A stretch of DNA of 64,000 nucleotides from Octopus sinensis (GCF_006345805.1 NC_043019.1:29449360-29513359); one strand, 5' to 3'. Shown: positions 49,991 through 64,000, numbered from the stretch's first letter. Made by a program: numbers and translations. The notes: a model not told the origin generated them from the sequence alone.

Positions 49991-50584
49991 CTCACAATAT
50001 GTATGCGTGTATGTGTGCATGTAAACAGAAGCTATTTATTGAATGCAGTCAGTTACTATATCAAGAGATGATATAAGACGAAAAGTAGTAAAAATAAAAA
50101 CAAAACACACATACACACACACACAAAAGAAACAAAAATCTATTGTAGCAGACTTTACTTTAATACTAATATAGAGTGAAGAATTTGTTATTCAATTTGC
50201 ACCTGCTAGTTGTTATTGGAATAAAGGGAAATCAACGAAAGATGGGTTATCAGTTACCACAATGCAAATTGTAATTGAAAAGATCTTAGGAAATACAAAA
50301 AAAAAAAGTTAAAACAAAACAGGTAAAAAAATAAAAGTGTTATTGACTTATTGACTTATTTCTATTTTATATCCTGCATTTTTGTGAACAATAGCACTGT
50401 TGGTTACATGTTTTCAAAGGGGCCAATCACTAGTTCACTGCATTTACGACGGAGAGAATGACAAGGGAAGGGGTATACCACCAAGTTTTCTTTTTTTTTT
50501 CTTTTCTTGAAAGCACTGATTTATTGGGTTTTTTCCCCACTGATGTTTACATCTTTTGCCAGTATACATCAATGAGGGACAATG

Positions 50585-50649
<65 letters not shown>

Positions 50650-50691
50650 TATATACATACATACACACACACACATACACTACAGCTATGT

Positions 50692-50726
<35 letters not shown>

Positions 50727-50904
50727 GGTGGGTGGGTGCATGTGTACTTCATGATAATTTAAAGTCCGCTTTTCATATGGACATGGGTTGGAGAGTTTCA
50801 CAGGATCAGGTGAGCTGAATGGTTGCACCAGGCATCTGTGGTCAGTTGCATGTTTTCAATGACTAGATGCCCTTCCTAATGCCAACCACATGCCACTGCT
50901 AGCA

Positions 50905-51170
50905 GAGTTATGTGGTTTAGTGGTTAGGGTGTTGGACATGAGTCCAACATCCTAACCACTTGTGGTTTCAATTCCAGGACTGGGAAACATATTGTGTTCT
51001 TGAGCAAAACACTTCATTTCACATTGCTCCAGTCCACTCAGCTGGCAAAAATGAGTAATCCTGTGACAGACTGGTGTCTCATCCAGGTGGGCATTGTATA
51101 CGTCATGAAACCAAGAAACCAGTCCTTATGAGTCAGCATGACTCAAGAAGGTAAATTTAGCTTTACCTTT
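50905..51170 (+). mobile_element. Older family-D-related tRNA SINE
   Basis: TGGTTTAGTGGTTAGGGTGTTGGAC head; CTTGAGCAAAACACTTCATTTCACATTGCTCCAGTCCACTCAGC; CCTGTGACAGACTGGTGTCTCATCCAGG. Reverse copy at 59640-59881. Confidence 0.75.
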
Positions 51171-51502
51171 AACTAAGAGGGTATACTGGGTGCATTTTTT
51201 TCATGCCACCAGCATTAGGGAGGTAGGCTAGTAAGTTGCAAGACAAGAACAAAAAGGAGAAAAAGGTCCCTGAACTATGGGGGGGGGGGTATTAGGTGTA
51301 AGAGAGGTGGCTTTATGCCAGGTGCTTGAGAAGCTGAAGCATGATAGAGTGATAAACAGAGGTGGCTTTCTATAGAGGAGATACATGTCTACTTCACATC
51401 ATGAGGTCGAATAGTAGTAGTAGTAGTTGGGAAGAAGACATATATGTTGATTCACCACAAATTGCAGGACTCAATACACACACACACAAACACACATATA
51501 TA

Positions 51503-51536
<34 letters not shown>

Positions 51537-51655
51537 ATATATATATATATACATATACATGCCAGCATGGAAAACTGACATTAAAGAATGAAGATATATA
51601 TATTATGGCCTTGTATGTGCTTTCCCATTTATATTACTACAAATATACACACACC

Positions 51656-51754
<99 letters not shown>

Positions 51755-54588
51755 AATTACTACCTACTTTTATAGCAAGTTGATGCAGGTAGTTGATCCC
51801 ATGCTCCTCTGGTTTTTAGTTCATGCAATTGAAAAAACTGCATTATTTATGAGGTGGCCCAATATATATGTACACACACACACACACACTGAACATCCCC
51901 TTCAAGAGTAGTCAATTGTATTCAGCCCATGTACTTTGTCTGGTATTTAATTTATCAATCGCTTTTTACAGACTAGCTAAGTCTTTCTTTGGAACAAGGG
52001 AACATAACTCAATATCTAGTAAGCACAAAATATTTTTCCCACACAACAATTTTCACCAATGTACTCATATGTTTGGCTGGAATAGAGGTAAGGCAATGGT
52101 CTGTTAATGCATTACTCCATGGAAACAGAAACAGCTGTCCCCTTGTTTTCCCTTTATTGCATGTTAATCTCCCAAAAATGCTGATTGCTTGAGATTATCT
52201 ATGTTTCTCACTCAGAGTTAGATGCAATTTCTGCTAGGTATTTGTTTACTTTCTCTCCAAGCAAATAATTTCAATAAATTCTCCTTGCAAGAGACAATGG
52301 AGAAGAAATTTCAAGCTCAAAGCGTTGTGCAATGGAATCAAACCCAGTGTCACAGGGCGATGATGTTTCTGCCTATCATAAAAACAATTACACAGCAATC
52401 ACATTCTTGTATTTTTAATTACAGATAAAAATTACTAAAGACATTAGTAAATTCCAGATTTCAGGAATCCAGTCGAAATTAAGAACTTCAAGCTTCTTTA
52501 TTACTTATTCAGTATTCAAATAGCAATTTAAAATTGTCAGTAATAATGCTTTAGTAAATAAATTTTAATTATTTTAATATCAACCAGAGACCACCTCTGG
52601 TTCTATGATATAAATTTGCTCTTTTAAGGTGATCTAAATTAAAACCTTCCTTTAAAATTTCATTATAATTTATGCTCTAAATACCTGCTTAATTGCAACA
52701 ACGTAATTTTTCAAATTCTCCATAATTTTTAAAATTAACTGAAACAAAGATAGTTGTATTTCAACAGAAATTTATTAACAAAAGAGCTAATGGAGAGTTT
52801 AGAGAGCTTTATTAAAATATGATTGCAAGCAAAGCAATGGAGCTAGTAAAAGTAATAAATATTCTTTCAATTCTTTTACTGTTTCACTCCCAGAACTGTG
52901 GCCTTGATAGAGCACACCCATCAAAGGTTTTAGTCAATTATATTGACCCGCAATACTTAGGGCTTATTTTACTGATCTCTGTTTAGAGAATGGCTAAATT
53001 AAGGTTCAGCAAGAGAGACATAATTCAATATCTCAATATCTAAATACTAGAAAGTATTTTTTTTTCATGCACCAATGTTTTGCCAATATGCACTCATATA
53101 TATACAAAAAGCTTCAGTACATTTTCCATAAACAAAATTTCTCTCACAAAGAATATATAGATCCAAGATTATGGTAAAAGATACTGAATGATCTAAGGTG
53201 CTGAGCAAATGCAAAACCATGTAACTGCAAAGCAAAATGCATATTCTGACAGTTGTAACTTTGATCACCAGGATAATATTGAAATCCACAAATCATTGCA
53301 TATTTTACAAAAGCAGTGGCATGGCTGTTTGTTTCAAAAGTTTGCTTCCAAGTCATATGGTTTGAGGCTCAGCAACACAGTACAAGTTCCTTGTGCAAGT
53401 GTATTCTACTAAAGCCCTAAGTCATCTAAAACTTTGTGGGTGGATGTAAGTGCGCAGAAACTAAAAGACAACAACCAACCAATACATGTGTGTAAGTGTA
53501 GATGTGTGTATACATGTGTAGCAAACAAATAAAATAAAATGAAAGGCCAATTGAGAGCATCACTACACATGCTTCAATACCATGGAGACCTAAGGTGCTC
53601 TGAACTACCTGTTCACTTTGCTTTTGCTTACTACATGTTGCATCATGTAAAATATATATCAATTATTTCTTTGATACACACATGGATTTATGGGATACCC
53701 TGCACCAGAGAACAACTGTTTAATACTATCGACTGCTGATTTTACCAATTCAATTACCAGGAATTTTTTTTATTTTGTCAGAGTAACCTGTCACACCAAA
53801 ACTTTTACTGTATATATCTGTGTGTATGTACATGTGTGTGTGCATGTGTCTGTGTTTGCTTACATTAGAAATTACTTGTACAAAAATACTGTTGTTGACA
53901 GTTCATCCACGCAACAAATCATCAAGGCATGATGTGCCTTTGAAGGTATGTGGAATGAGAGAGCTCTCACTTGGAAAACGGATAAGCATCAGGTTGGCAT
54001 CAGTAATGAGCATCCAGTGCCACAGATAACATATACACTAAACCTGATGCAAGCATGGGAAAGCAGACAAAACTGAATATAGTTTCCTAAATTAAGATGG
54101 TCGATTGACAGAGTCATTAGAGCAATAGCTAGAATTATCACCATCTTCATTTTACTTTCCATGATGACATGTGATGGAAAGTGTAACAATATTTACTCTG
54201 GCTCTGTGCTCCGAATTCAGATCTCACAGAGGTCAACTTTGCCTTTCACTTTTCCAAGGTTGATAAATACTAGCACAGTAGTAGTAGTAGTACAGCTTCT
54301 CTCTCTCTCTCTCTCTGTACTAGTCACATTTTGGATTATTCAGTTGGTCATGACTTAAAGGACAAAAGGAATGACTGTTTACAGATCTTGTAAGTGATAT
54401 CATTTGAAAACTACAACAATACAAGGAAGTGCATTGTGACCAGTACTGTACAACACCTAGTACTCTGGTTCACAGTGACACACACACACACACGTTTACA
54501 TATATCTTATCTTTTACTCGTTTCAGTCATTAGACTGCAGCCATGTTGGTGCACAGCCTTGAAGAATTTTTATACAGTCATATATATA

Positions 54589-56577
54589 TCATCATCATCA
54601 TTGTTTAATGTCCACTTCCCATGCTGGCATGGGTTGGATGGTTTGACTGAGGACTGCCAAACCAGAAGGCTTCACCAGGCTCCAATCTGATCTGACAAGG
54701 TTTCTACAGCTGGATGCCATTCCTAATGCCAACCACTCTGAGAGTGTAGTGGGTGCTTTATACATGACACCAGCATGAGGGCCAGTCAGGTGGCATTGAC
54801 CACACTTGAATGTTGCCTTTTATGTACTATTAGCATGGGAGCCAATCAGGTAACACTGGCAACAACCACACACGAATGGTGCTTTTTACATGCCAACAGC
54901 ACAGGAGCCAGTCAGGCGGCACTGGCAATGACCACGCTTGAATGGTGCTTTTTACATGCCAACAGCACAGGAGCCAGTCAGGCGGCACTGGCAATGACCA
55001 CGCTTGAATGGTGCTTTTTACATGCCAACAGCACAGGAGCCAGTCAGGTGGCACTGGCAATGACCACGCTTGAATGGTGCTTTTTACATGCCAACAGCAC
55101 AGGAGCCAGTCAGGCGGCACTGGCAATGACCACGCTTGAATGGTGCTTTTTACATGCCAACAGCACAGGAGCCAGTCAGGCGGCACTGGCAATGACCACG
55201 CTTGAATGGTGCTTTTTACATGCCAACAGCACAGGAGCCAGTCAGGCGGCACTGGCAATGACCACGCTTGAATGGTGCTTTTTACATGCCACTGGCATGG
55301 GACCAGTCAGGCGGCACTGGCAATGACCACGCTTGAATGGTGCTTTTTACATGCCACTGGCATGGGACCAGTCAGGCGGCACTGGCACCCAACATGTTCA
55401 TATAGCACATTTTACATGCCTTTGGCACAGGAGCCAGTCCAGTAGGATTGTTATCAACCACGCTTGAATGGTGCTTATTACGTGCCACCCGGCATGGGTG
55501 CCAGTCAGGCAGTACTGACATCGGCCACAACAATGATTTCACTTAAATCAACAGGTCTTCTCAAGCATAGTTTATTACCCAATGATTGAAGGGTACTCTT
55601 AAATGGGCCAATTATGCGACACTAGCATAGGCCACAGTTACGGTCTCATTTGGCTGCTGGTCTTCTCAAGCACAGCATATCTCCAAAGGTCTTGGTCACT
55701 TGTCATTGCATCCGTGAGGACCACCGTTCAAGGTCATGCTTCAGCAACTTGTTCCAGGTCTTCCTGAGTCTACCTCTTCCACATGTTCCCTCCACAGTTA
55801 GGGTGTGACACTTTTTCATACAGCTGCCCTCATCCAAACGCAACACATGACCATACCAGTTCAGTCATCTCTCTTGCCCACCACATCTGATGCTTCTTAT
55901 GTCCAACTTTTCTCTCAGGGCGCTTACACTCTGTCATACACGTACACTGACATTACACATCCATCAGAGCATACCAGCTTCATTTCTTGCAAGCTTACAC
56001 ATGTCCTCAGCAGTCACAGCCCATGTTTCACTCCATGTAGCATGTCTGTTTGCACACATGTGTCATACAATCCACCTTTCAGGCTGAGTGAGAAGCCCTT
56101 TGTTACCAACAGAGGTAGGAGCTCTCTGAACTACGCCCAGGCTATTCTTATTCTAGCAGCTACACTCTCAGAGCATCAACCTCCGCTACTGACTTGGTCA
56201 CCTAGGTAATGGAAGCTACCAACTACTACTAGTTTTTCCCCAATGGCATGTGACAGAAGCTGTTTTCTGCACATTTTCAGTGTTTATTGCCCCTGTGCAT
56301 TTGCCCCACACAAAAACTATCTTCCCAGTTAGCTTTCCTTTGATATTGCGGCACCTCTTATGTGTCCATAGCTTACACTGGGTACATCTTAGGGAGTTTC
56401 TACCTATGCCTTTTCTACAGATCGAGCAGGGCGTCTACCTGAATTGATTTGTGATTTGTCTGCCTTCCTACTTACTACTTTGATTTTTACTGGACTGACT
56501 CTAAGGTCTTTCAATTCTTCTGTTATTGCCTGAAGGACTACGATGAATAAGAGGGGTTGAGGAATGATCCTTGATGG
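54589..56577 (-). mobile_element. RTE LINE, 5'-truncated, about 2 kb (ORF2 3' part, 3' UTR, (TGA)n tail); YADD region deleted
   Basis: HQGS...PLLFIVVLQAITEELK joins directly to DLRVS (catalytic segment missing relative to copy 1-569), then the Cys-rich insert, FHYLGDQVS and GRGRLRKTW. The UTR ends ATTAAACAATGATGATGATGA. Confidence 0.9.
54765..55530. repeat. Tandem array of 12 x ~66-bp units in the LINE 3' UTR
   Basis: GCCAGTC anchor (or variant) at 54781, 54841, 54907, 54973, 55039, 55105, 55171, 55237, 55302, 55367, 55433 and 55500; central units are near-identical. Confidence 0.97.
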
Positions 56578-56629
56578 ACTCATATATATATATATACACA
56601 CACACACACATATACATACATACATACAT

Positions 56630-56950
56630 AATGGCACTCCCATGGTTATGACGTGTGTTCCAGTTGATCCAATCAACTGAGCACCCTGCTTGCGAAGCTG
56701 ATTAATGTGCAACTGGCTGAGTACTCCACAGATACACAATCCTTTAACATAGTTCTCAGGAGATTCACTGTGACACAGAATGCGATAAGGCTGGCTCTTT
56801 GAACTACAGGTAGAACAAATTTCTGCTAGCTGAGTGGACTGAAGCAACATGAAATAAAATGCCTTGCTCAAGGACAACACGCTACTGGGAATCAAACTCA
56901 AAATTTCGCAATTGTGAGCTGTAATACCCTAACCAAAAAACCATGCACTT
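56630..56950 (-). mobile_element. tRNA-derived SINE (D-like head, different 3' half)
   Basis: GCTGAGTGGACTGAAGCAACATGAAATAAAATGCCTTGCTCAAGGACA is shared with D-related copies; the 3' half is shared with 1790-1960. Confidence 0.65.
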
Positions 56951-56959
56951 TGACATATA

Positions 56960-57091
56960 CATACATTGTGTGTGTATATATATATATATATATATACACA
57001 TAAACATTTATATACGCATATATACACATGTATATATACACACATATATATACACACTTATGCATACATTCATTGTGTGTGTGTGTATATC

Positions 57092-57137
<46 letters not shown>

Positions 57138-57370
57138 AACATTTATATATGTATATATACACATGTACATATGTATATATACATACATATATATATACAC
57201 ACTTATGCATGCATATATATATACACTCTCGTGCATGCATACATATATACACTCATTCATACATAAATACATACATAGACTCATACATACATACATACAT
57301 AGACTCATAACACACATATGTACACACACATATATATAACATACATACATGCGCGCGCACACACACAGAG
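56960..57370. repeat. Compound TA/CA microsatellite with an internal duplicated block
   Basis: CATTGTGTGTG...AAACATTTATAT...TATACACATGTA...CACTTATGCAT occurs twice, about 110-150 bp apart. Confidence 0.85.
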
Positions 57371-57454
57371 TTTCTGTTGATTTTATAGTATAAGCACATA
57401 AAACTGCTCAACATATTTTTATGTTAAGAAGAGCAGAGTGTCTTAAGCACATTG

Positions 57455-57510
57455 ATTTATGAGAGATAAACAGGGATTAACTTTCTCGAGCCTGTTTATC
57501 TCACATAAAT
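57455..57510. other. 20-bp inverted repeat with 16-nt loop
   Basis: ATTTATGAGAGATAAACAGG / CCTGTTTATCTCACATAAAT, one mismatch. Confidence 0.9.
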
Positions 57511-57832
57511 TTACATAGATATGCATTTATATAGATATACTATATATGTACTTAAAATCTATATGACGTGCATATTTTGATAGTTCTATGTGCAATAACA
57601 TTCAAAGACTCAATGCGCACATGCAGATGTGTTCCGTCTTGTATGGTAATGGGAATGATGATGATTGTGATGGTTAAATCTACATAGATTAACGTCCACC
57701 TGCATGCCAGAGTGGAAGCATTTAACAGATTTAATATAATTATTCGCAGATAGCACACTTTCAGACATACATACATCCATATATATACATACATCCATAT
57801 ATATACATACATCCATATATATATATATATAT

Positions 57833-57870
<38 letters not shown>

Positions 57871-58411
57871 TCATTACTCATACACAGATGCACATAATGC
57901 ATACATTCACCACCACATATACAAACATACAAATACATGTGTGTGTGTAGACACACACACTCATATATACACACACATCCACATATCAGAATAAAACTGG
58001 AGATTCGATTACAAAATTATATTTAGTACGACATTATAAATTATATAATATTTACATGTATTTCATTAGAAAACTACGCAAAAGCTGTTACAGAGACAGT
58101 TGCATAATCACTCTATAACACCAGATCAACAGAAGAAAACAGTAATTTACTCTAAGTTGGTTACCAATGTTAGTTGGTAGGCAAATACAGGCTCAGAACT
58201 GCTTGCAACAAAATCTCCAGTTTTATACTGATCATGATATAGACACTGTAAATGTACATAATGCCAAACAAAAATCAGAGAACAAACTATGTTTCATACC
58301 AAATTGAAAGTTGGACATATATAGATTTACATGGAGATCTAAGTAAATGTTAACTTTAATGCTATTTCATTAAAAATAGTAACTTTTGAAGAAAATATGT
58401 ATGTGTTTATA

Positions 58412-58705
58412 CAGGGTGTATATCTTAAATGACCCATTATGCCCCACTTTCAAATTACCAAGAAGATTAGAATTTCTAAGGATATTTCCTTTGTCCAAGG
58501 CAAAGAATATACCTCTAATACGAAAAATCTAAATCTACAGTACTTCTTGCAGCACCACAAAGTTTTGTTTAATGACCAGATATTGGTTGGACTAGTGACT
58601 AGGTCAGAATAAAGAACTTGAAAAGGAGTCACCAGGAAAAATACAGCATTTATATTAGCAGGAAGGATGATGCACTCCATAATGGTTGCTACATTATACA
58701 TCCTG
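58412..58705. mobile_element. Decayed Tc1/mariner-type MITE
   Basis: TA|CAGGGTGTATA...CCATTATG at the left and CATAATGG...TATACATCCTG at the right; the right TA is missing. Confidence 0.45.
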
Positions 58706-58895
58706 GTTTGAAATTAGGAGAAATTAAAATTTGGCAAATGACCCATTAGGCCCTACTGACCTATTATACTCTATTCCCACTTATGTTTTATGTATTTTAC
58801 AATCCATACAATGTATGCATGCTTGTGTGAGTATACCCACACAGACACACGCATATACACTGGTATATATATATATATATTATATTAAAATACAT

Positions 58896-58936
<41 letters not shown>

Positions 58937-59346
58937 CCTTATCACAGAAGTTACAGCATGAATCATATTTGCCATCATGGCAGATATTAAATTCAAAAAT
59001 GTATGCATCTGACTCAAGAAACACATGTTCTTTCTCTATCTAAATCCATCTAAAGGGTTTAACTTATATCTGACTTCCTTTGCACTATCACTATTTTGTT
59101 TTTTTTAAATAAATCCTATCCCTCATTAACCCTTATGCAAGCCCTGACTTCCCATCAAAGTGTTCCAGCTTAAACCACGCCATTCCGCAAAACATTTGTC
59201 TCATTGCTTGTCTTGGAATATATCATCCAATGTAGCACAGGTACAACATCAATTTTCTGAAACCTTTGATTTCAAAACCTTTCTGGATTACTGATTTTTC
59301 CAAACTAAGGGTGATCACACTCTAAGCAAATATCAAATTTATTTAA

Positions 59347-60115
59347 CCCTTTCGTTACTGTATTTATTTTGAGATGTTCTGTGTTTCTTTCAATTACTTT
59401 AAATATAACAAAGAATTTAGTAAAATAACTTAGTTATCATTCAGCTTGTATTAGGAACATAAATTGTGACTAAGGCTTGGTGGAAGATTTTAATTGAAAC
59501 CTTAAGAAAACAAGACATTTGTACAGGATGAAAGGCAAAGTCAACCCTGATGGCATTTGAACTAAGAACACGAAGACAGACAAAATACTGCTAAGCATTT
59601 CGCCTAGTGTGCTAACAATTCTGTCAGCTCATCACCTTAAAGTAAAGTTCCTTCCTGAGTCATACAGACTCATAAGGCCGGTTTCCATGGCGTAGCAATT
59701 CTCCACCTGGATGGGACACCAGTCCGTCACAGGATTACTCATTTTTAGCCAGCTGAGTGGACTGGAGCAATGTGAAATGGAGTGTTTTGCTCAAGAACAC
59801 AATGTGTTCCTGGTTCAAGAATCGAAACCACAATCTTATGATCATGAGGCCCAACACTCTAACCACTAAGCCACACACCTCAACAGCAACAACAACAATG
59901 GTGGTTTCAAATTTTGGCACAAGGCCAGTGACTTCAGAGGAGAGGTTGATCTATTACATCGACCCCAGTGTACAACTAGAAATTATTTTATTGACCCCAG
60001 GGAGGATGAAAGACAAAGTTGATCTCAGCAGTATTTGAACTCAGAATGTAACGGTTGACAAAACATTGCAAAGCATTTTGCCTGGCATGCTAACAATTCT
60101 ACCAACTTGCACCTT
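59347..60115. mobile_element. Stack of a truncated piggyBac MITE, a family-C SINE, a D-related SINE and another family-C SINE
   Basis: TTAA|CCCTTTCGTTAC MITE to 59523; C head (minus) 59525-59640; D-like (minus) 59640-59881; C (minus) 59900-60115. Confidence 0.75.
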
Positions 60116-60563
60116 AATAATAATAAGATGCATTTTCTAGTTTAAAATTTATAGAGCTTTTAAATAAAAGTAATGAATTCCATTTCTCCTGAGAATTCTT
60201 ACAAATGTTAAAACTTTACTCTAGAATGCATGAATTATCAATATGCAGGAAGAATATTATTTATTGGTCTTTTTCATAGTTTTTTTCTTTTTGGTAAGGG
60301 GTGTGTTCAATATAAAACACACACACACACACACACATATGTGCACAATTTCAATAACTTTAAAATTAGGGGATATTAATAATTCTTTACAGGAAATAAT
60401 GTTGTTCAAAAATAAAGAATCCTTAGAGCATATCCAAGCTTTCAGTTTTGTTATTACTTCCCATAGAGTTCAATATTTGAAGTATCAGAATTTATTACCA
60501 GTAGGCATTAGAGAGTTAAGGAATAGGAAGTAGAAATAATTTCACGAAACGGAATAAACAGGT

Positions 60564-60917
60564 ACAGGCATGGCTGCGTGGTTTAGAAGCTCTCTTTGCA
60601 TCCATGTGGTTTCGGGTTCAGTCCCACTGTATGGCACCTTGGGCAGGCATCTTCTACAGCCCCAAACCAACCTTGTGAGTGAATTTCATAAATAGTAACT
60701 CTCTTTTTCTCTCTCTCTGTCTGTCTCTCTTTGTTCCTCCCCACAACTTGACAACCAGTGCTGGTTTTACATTCCCATCCCCTGTAACTAAGTAGTTCAA
60801 CAAAAAACTTTTTTTTAAAAATTGGTGGGGTTGGTTTGTTTGACTAAAACTTTCAAAGTGGTGCCCTGGCATAGCCACAATCCAAATACTGAAACAAGTA
60901 AAGGATAAAGGATAAAG
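60564..60917 (+). mobile_element. Family-A SINE
   Basis: GGCATGGCTGCGTGGTT...GGGTTCAGTCCCACTG; tail ACTGAAACAAGTAAAGGATAAAGGA. Confidence 0.8.
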
Positions 60918-61629
60918 ACATGTAGGCAAAAGATACATACATCAGCAAGATAAACTAACAAACTAGTGTATCAAATTGAAATATTCAACAGCATTTATTC
61001 TGTCCAAGTTCTACAACCAATTCCCTTGTTACACTGTCACACCACTGTAACTGTAGTAAACCAGGAATTGGTCAATTGAGAAACATATAACCAATTATGT
61101 TATTATGCATGTAATAATAAAAGAAATATCTAAATATCCTTCTTGATTTTTATTTTTACCTTGAGCCCTAAGACTCATAAGGCCAGTTGCTCAATTTCCA
61201 TAGTATATATGTAACTGAGATTATAATATGCTCACTGAACAGACACTAATCCATTGCAAAGTTCAAAGTCAGCAATTTTGAGGAGAGGAGGCAAGTTGGT
61301 CACATTGATCACTAGTACTTGTCTGGTAATTTATTTTATCAACCCCAAAGAGATGAAAGGCAAAGATGACTTTGTCAGGATTTGAATTCATTTATGTAAA
61401 ATGCCAGAAGGAATACTGCCAAGCATTTTGTCTGACATGCTAACAATTCTGCCAGCTTGCCGTCTTACCTCTTCATATGCTAACTTAAAACATTAAAATA
61501 TAGTTATTTGTATTGGAGGCCCCAACCACTGGGCTGCAGATCAGTAGAGGGCCTTGGATCATTTGGTATCGAGCTACACAGAAAAGGCAAATTTTAAAAT
61601 TCTATTTCTATGTTATTAACTATCACAGT

Positions 61630-62000
61630 CTGCAGTGTTTAATTGAACACATTGACCCTAGTACATCTTTTGAGGCTGGTACTTATTCTACCACCCTCTT
61701 TTGTTGAACTGCTAAGTTACAGGGATGGAAACAAACCAATGCAAATTACTAATCAGTGGTGGGGGACAAACAAAACACACACACACACATGCATTTTATA
61801 TACATATATAAAGAGAGAGAGGGGGGAGGGGGAGAGATGACAGGTTTCTTTCAGTTTTCTTCCTAGCAAATCCACTCATAATGTTTTGGTTGGTATAGGG
61901 TTATAGTGGAAGGCACTTGCCCAAGGTGTCATGCACCAGAAGTGAACCTAACACCATGTGGTTGGGAAGCAAGCTTCTTACCACACAACCAAGCTTGCAC
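61630..62000 (-). mobile_element. Family-A SINE, decayed
   Basis: CACTTGCCCAAGGTGTC...CCATGTGGTTGGGAAGCAAGCTTCTTACCACAC. Confidence 0.75.
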
Positions 62001-62714
62001 CTATATATAAAATGATAAAATATAATTGTCACACTAAACAGAAATAAATGAATCCTACTGGCTGACAATCTATTTTGTAGAAGTAGTTTCAGGACCAACT
62101 TAAAAAGATTTGGGGTGGTTTTGTTGGGATGAGATGCTTTGTATGACATTTTTTTTTACTTCTTTAACTTTTGTGGAATTTGTTCTTACAGAAGAAAATG
62201 TGTAAAGACATTTTTTTTATTTGTTTTCTACATATATTTCATATACTAGGTGTCTTTGGCAGGATATAGATTACACTCGCAATAAGATAAAATTCTCTTT
62301 GTTTTTCTTTTGTAATTTTCTTCATACTTTTCGTAAATATATTTAACAGTTAAACATTTCGTAAAAAGAAAAACACATGAAGAATTTCAATTCACAGTGG
62401 TCTTCATTTAAATAAAAGATTCTGACAAGCTCATACACAGACATTTTTATAAACTAAGAACAATTTGAAATAAAGAAAAACTGCTCAAAGTTTACAATAG
62501 TATCACCACCAACTGCACGTAACTAACAGACATCTCTATTTAAACAAAGTGGTGACTTTTAACCAGTTCAAGAAAAAGTGTGTCTTTTTACGCACCTAAT
62601 TATCTTTTTACATTTAAAACCATTGTACATTTAAAACTATTCATTCATGAGACGTGTATAGCCAATAACAAGGAAATGTTTCTTGCAATTTCTTTTTAAA
62701 CTATTGTTCATATA

Positions 62715-62743
62715 ACACACATATGCCTAAACGCATATACACT

Positions 62744-62781
<38 letters not shown>

Positions 62782-63058
62782 TATACATACACACACACAT
62801 ACAGACATATATACATATATATATACATATATATACATACACACACACATACAGACATATATACATACACACACATACAGATATATATACATACATACAG
62901 ATATATATATATACATACAAATGCATACAGATACATATATATACATACAAATGCATACAGATACATATATATACATACAAATGCATACAGATACAGATAT
63001 ATATATATACACACATGCATACAGATACATATATATATATGTGTATATATATATATAT

Positions 63059-63105
<47 letters not shown>

Positions 63106-63190
63106 AAATATACATACAAACACATACAGAGGTGTGTGTGTGTGTACACCTATACAAACATATATGTGTTTGTATGTATGCGTGTATGCA
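62715..63190. repeat. Compound TA/CA microsatellite with a 30-bp unit x3
   Basis: ATACATACAAATGCATACAGATACA starts at 62911, 62941 and 62971. Confidence 0.9.
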
Positions 63191-63649
63191 TCACTGTGTA
63201 AATGTTTAAATTTCTAAACTGATGCATACAAAATTTCATAGAAATAAAATTGAATTAAGCCAAGCTTTAGAAATAACTGCCATCCTCTTCATTCAAACTC
63301 TTGTCAAAAACACAGTCTTTCAGAACAGGGCATAGATAACTGATGTATACTAAACAGAAGAGATTAAAGGAGGAGACACAACAAAGCTACATATGTCATT
63401 TACGAACCTTCAACATCAGATTTTATACTTCAACTTCGCAGTAAGAATTCCAACAATCTTCGGTACAAAGCTTCTCACAGATTTGTCTTTCAATGTAGCT
63501 CTTGCTAATCTGAATTAGCAGTTATGAAGAATTACAATTACGCAACTTATCTACCAGCTCTAAAAACAGACTTTGCTCTCCCCCTCACCATCCATCCATG
63601 AATTTTCAAAATAAAATACTTTGGGGGGAAAAAAATAAATAAATAAAAT

Positions 63650-63686
<37 letters not shown>

Positions 63687-63696
63687 TATCTATTTG

Positions 63697-63733
<37 letters not shown>

Positions 63734-64000
63734 TATCTATTTGTAAGGGAGAGAGAGAAAGGTGTCTATATGGAGAGAAACGGAGGGAGAGAGAAGAGAG
63801 ATAGGAAGAAAGAAGAGTAAAGAATGTTATAGAAAAGGAGAACGGAGGAGGGTATACGGTAACAAAAGATAAGATCAATATGTAAATTGTAAATGCACAG
63901 TCATTTGCCCTATTTGTGCATTTTCAGTAAATTAAGACATTTAAACTAAGTAAAGACTTTGAATATTGTTCTTTCCCTTGAAAAAAAAAAATTTTTTAAA

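Noticed and set aside
54765-55530. CRISPR-like array next to a reverse transcriptase; 183-aa repeat ORF
   Set aside because: Units are contiguous with no unique spacers, there are no cas genes, and the context is a eukaryotic LINE UTR. The ORF exists only because 66 is a multiple of 3.
61515-61600. hAT/Charlie-like 5' end
   Set aside because: Too short and decayed; no matching TIR or TSD found.

Overview
AT-rich, microsatellite-dense eukaryotic DNA with no recognisable host protein-coding gene, so it is intergenic or lies inside a very large intron. The repeat families resemble those I recall from Octopus (coleoid cephalopod) genomes; that assignment is inference. Much of the window is transposon-derived: several tRNA-headed SINE families (some with exact TSDs, some nested), RTE-clade LINE fragments, one full-length but pseudogenised Tc1 (DD34E) element, piggyBac-type and Merlin-type MITEs, and Penelope-like remnants. 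Nearly all listed ORFs are artefacts of microsatellites or SINEs. The best leads are: (1) three different type-I hammerhead ribozyme motifs within 1.1 kb at 47.8-48.9 kb; (2) an RTE LINE family with a C4HC3 PHD-like finger in frame inside its reverse transcriptase, whose 3' UTR carries an expanded 66-bp hairpin array in one copy; (3) a GC/CpG-rich Tc1 with an ETS-CRE motif and an apparent 5'-UTR intron ending at the ATG; (4) a perfect 50-bp palindrome with two octamer sites; (5) a pre-miRNA-sized hairpin; (6) a candidate 12-nt microexon next to a hairpin. All of this was read by eye with no searches or folding run, and boundaries of decayed repeats are approximate.
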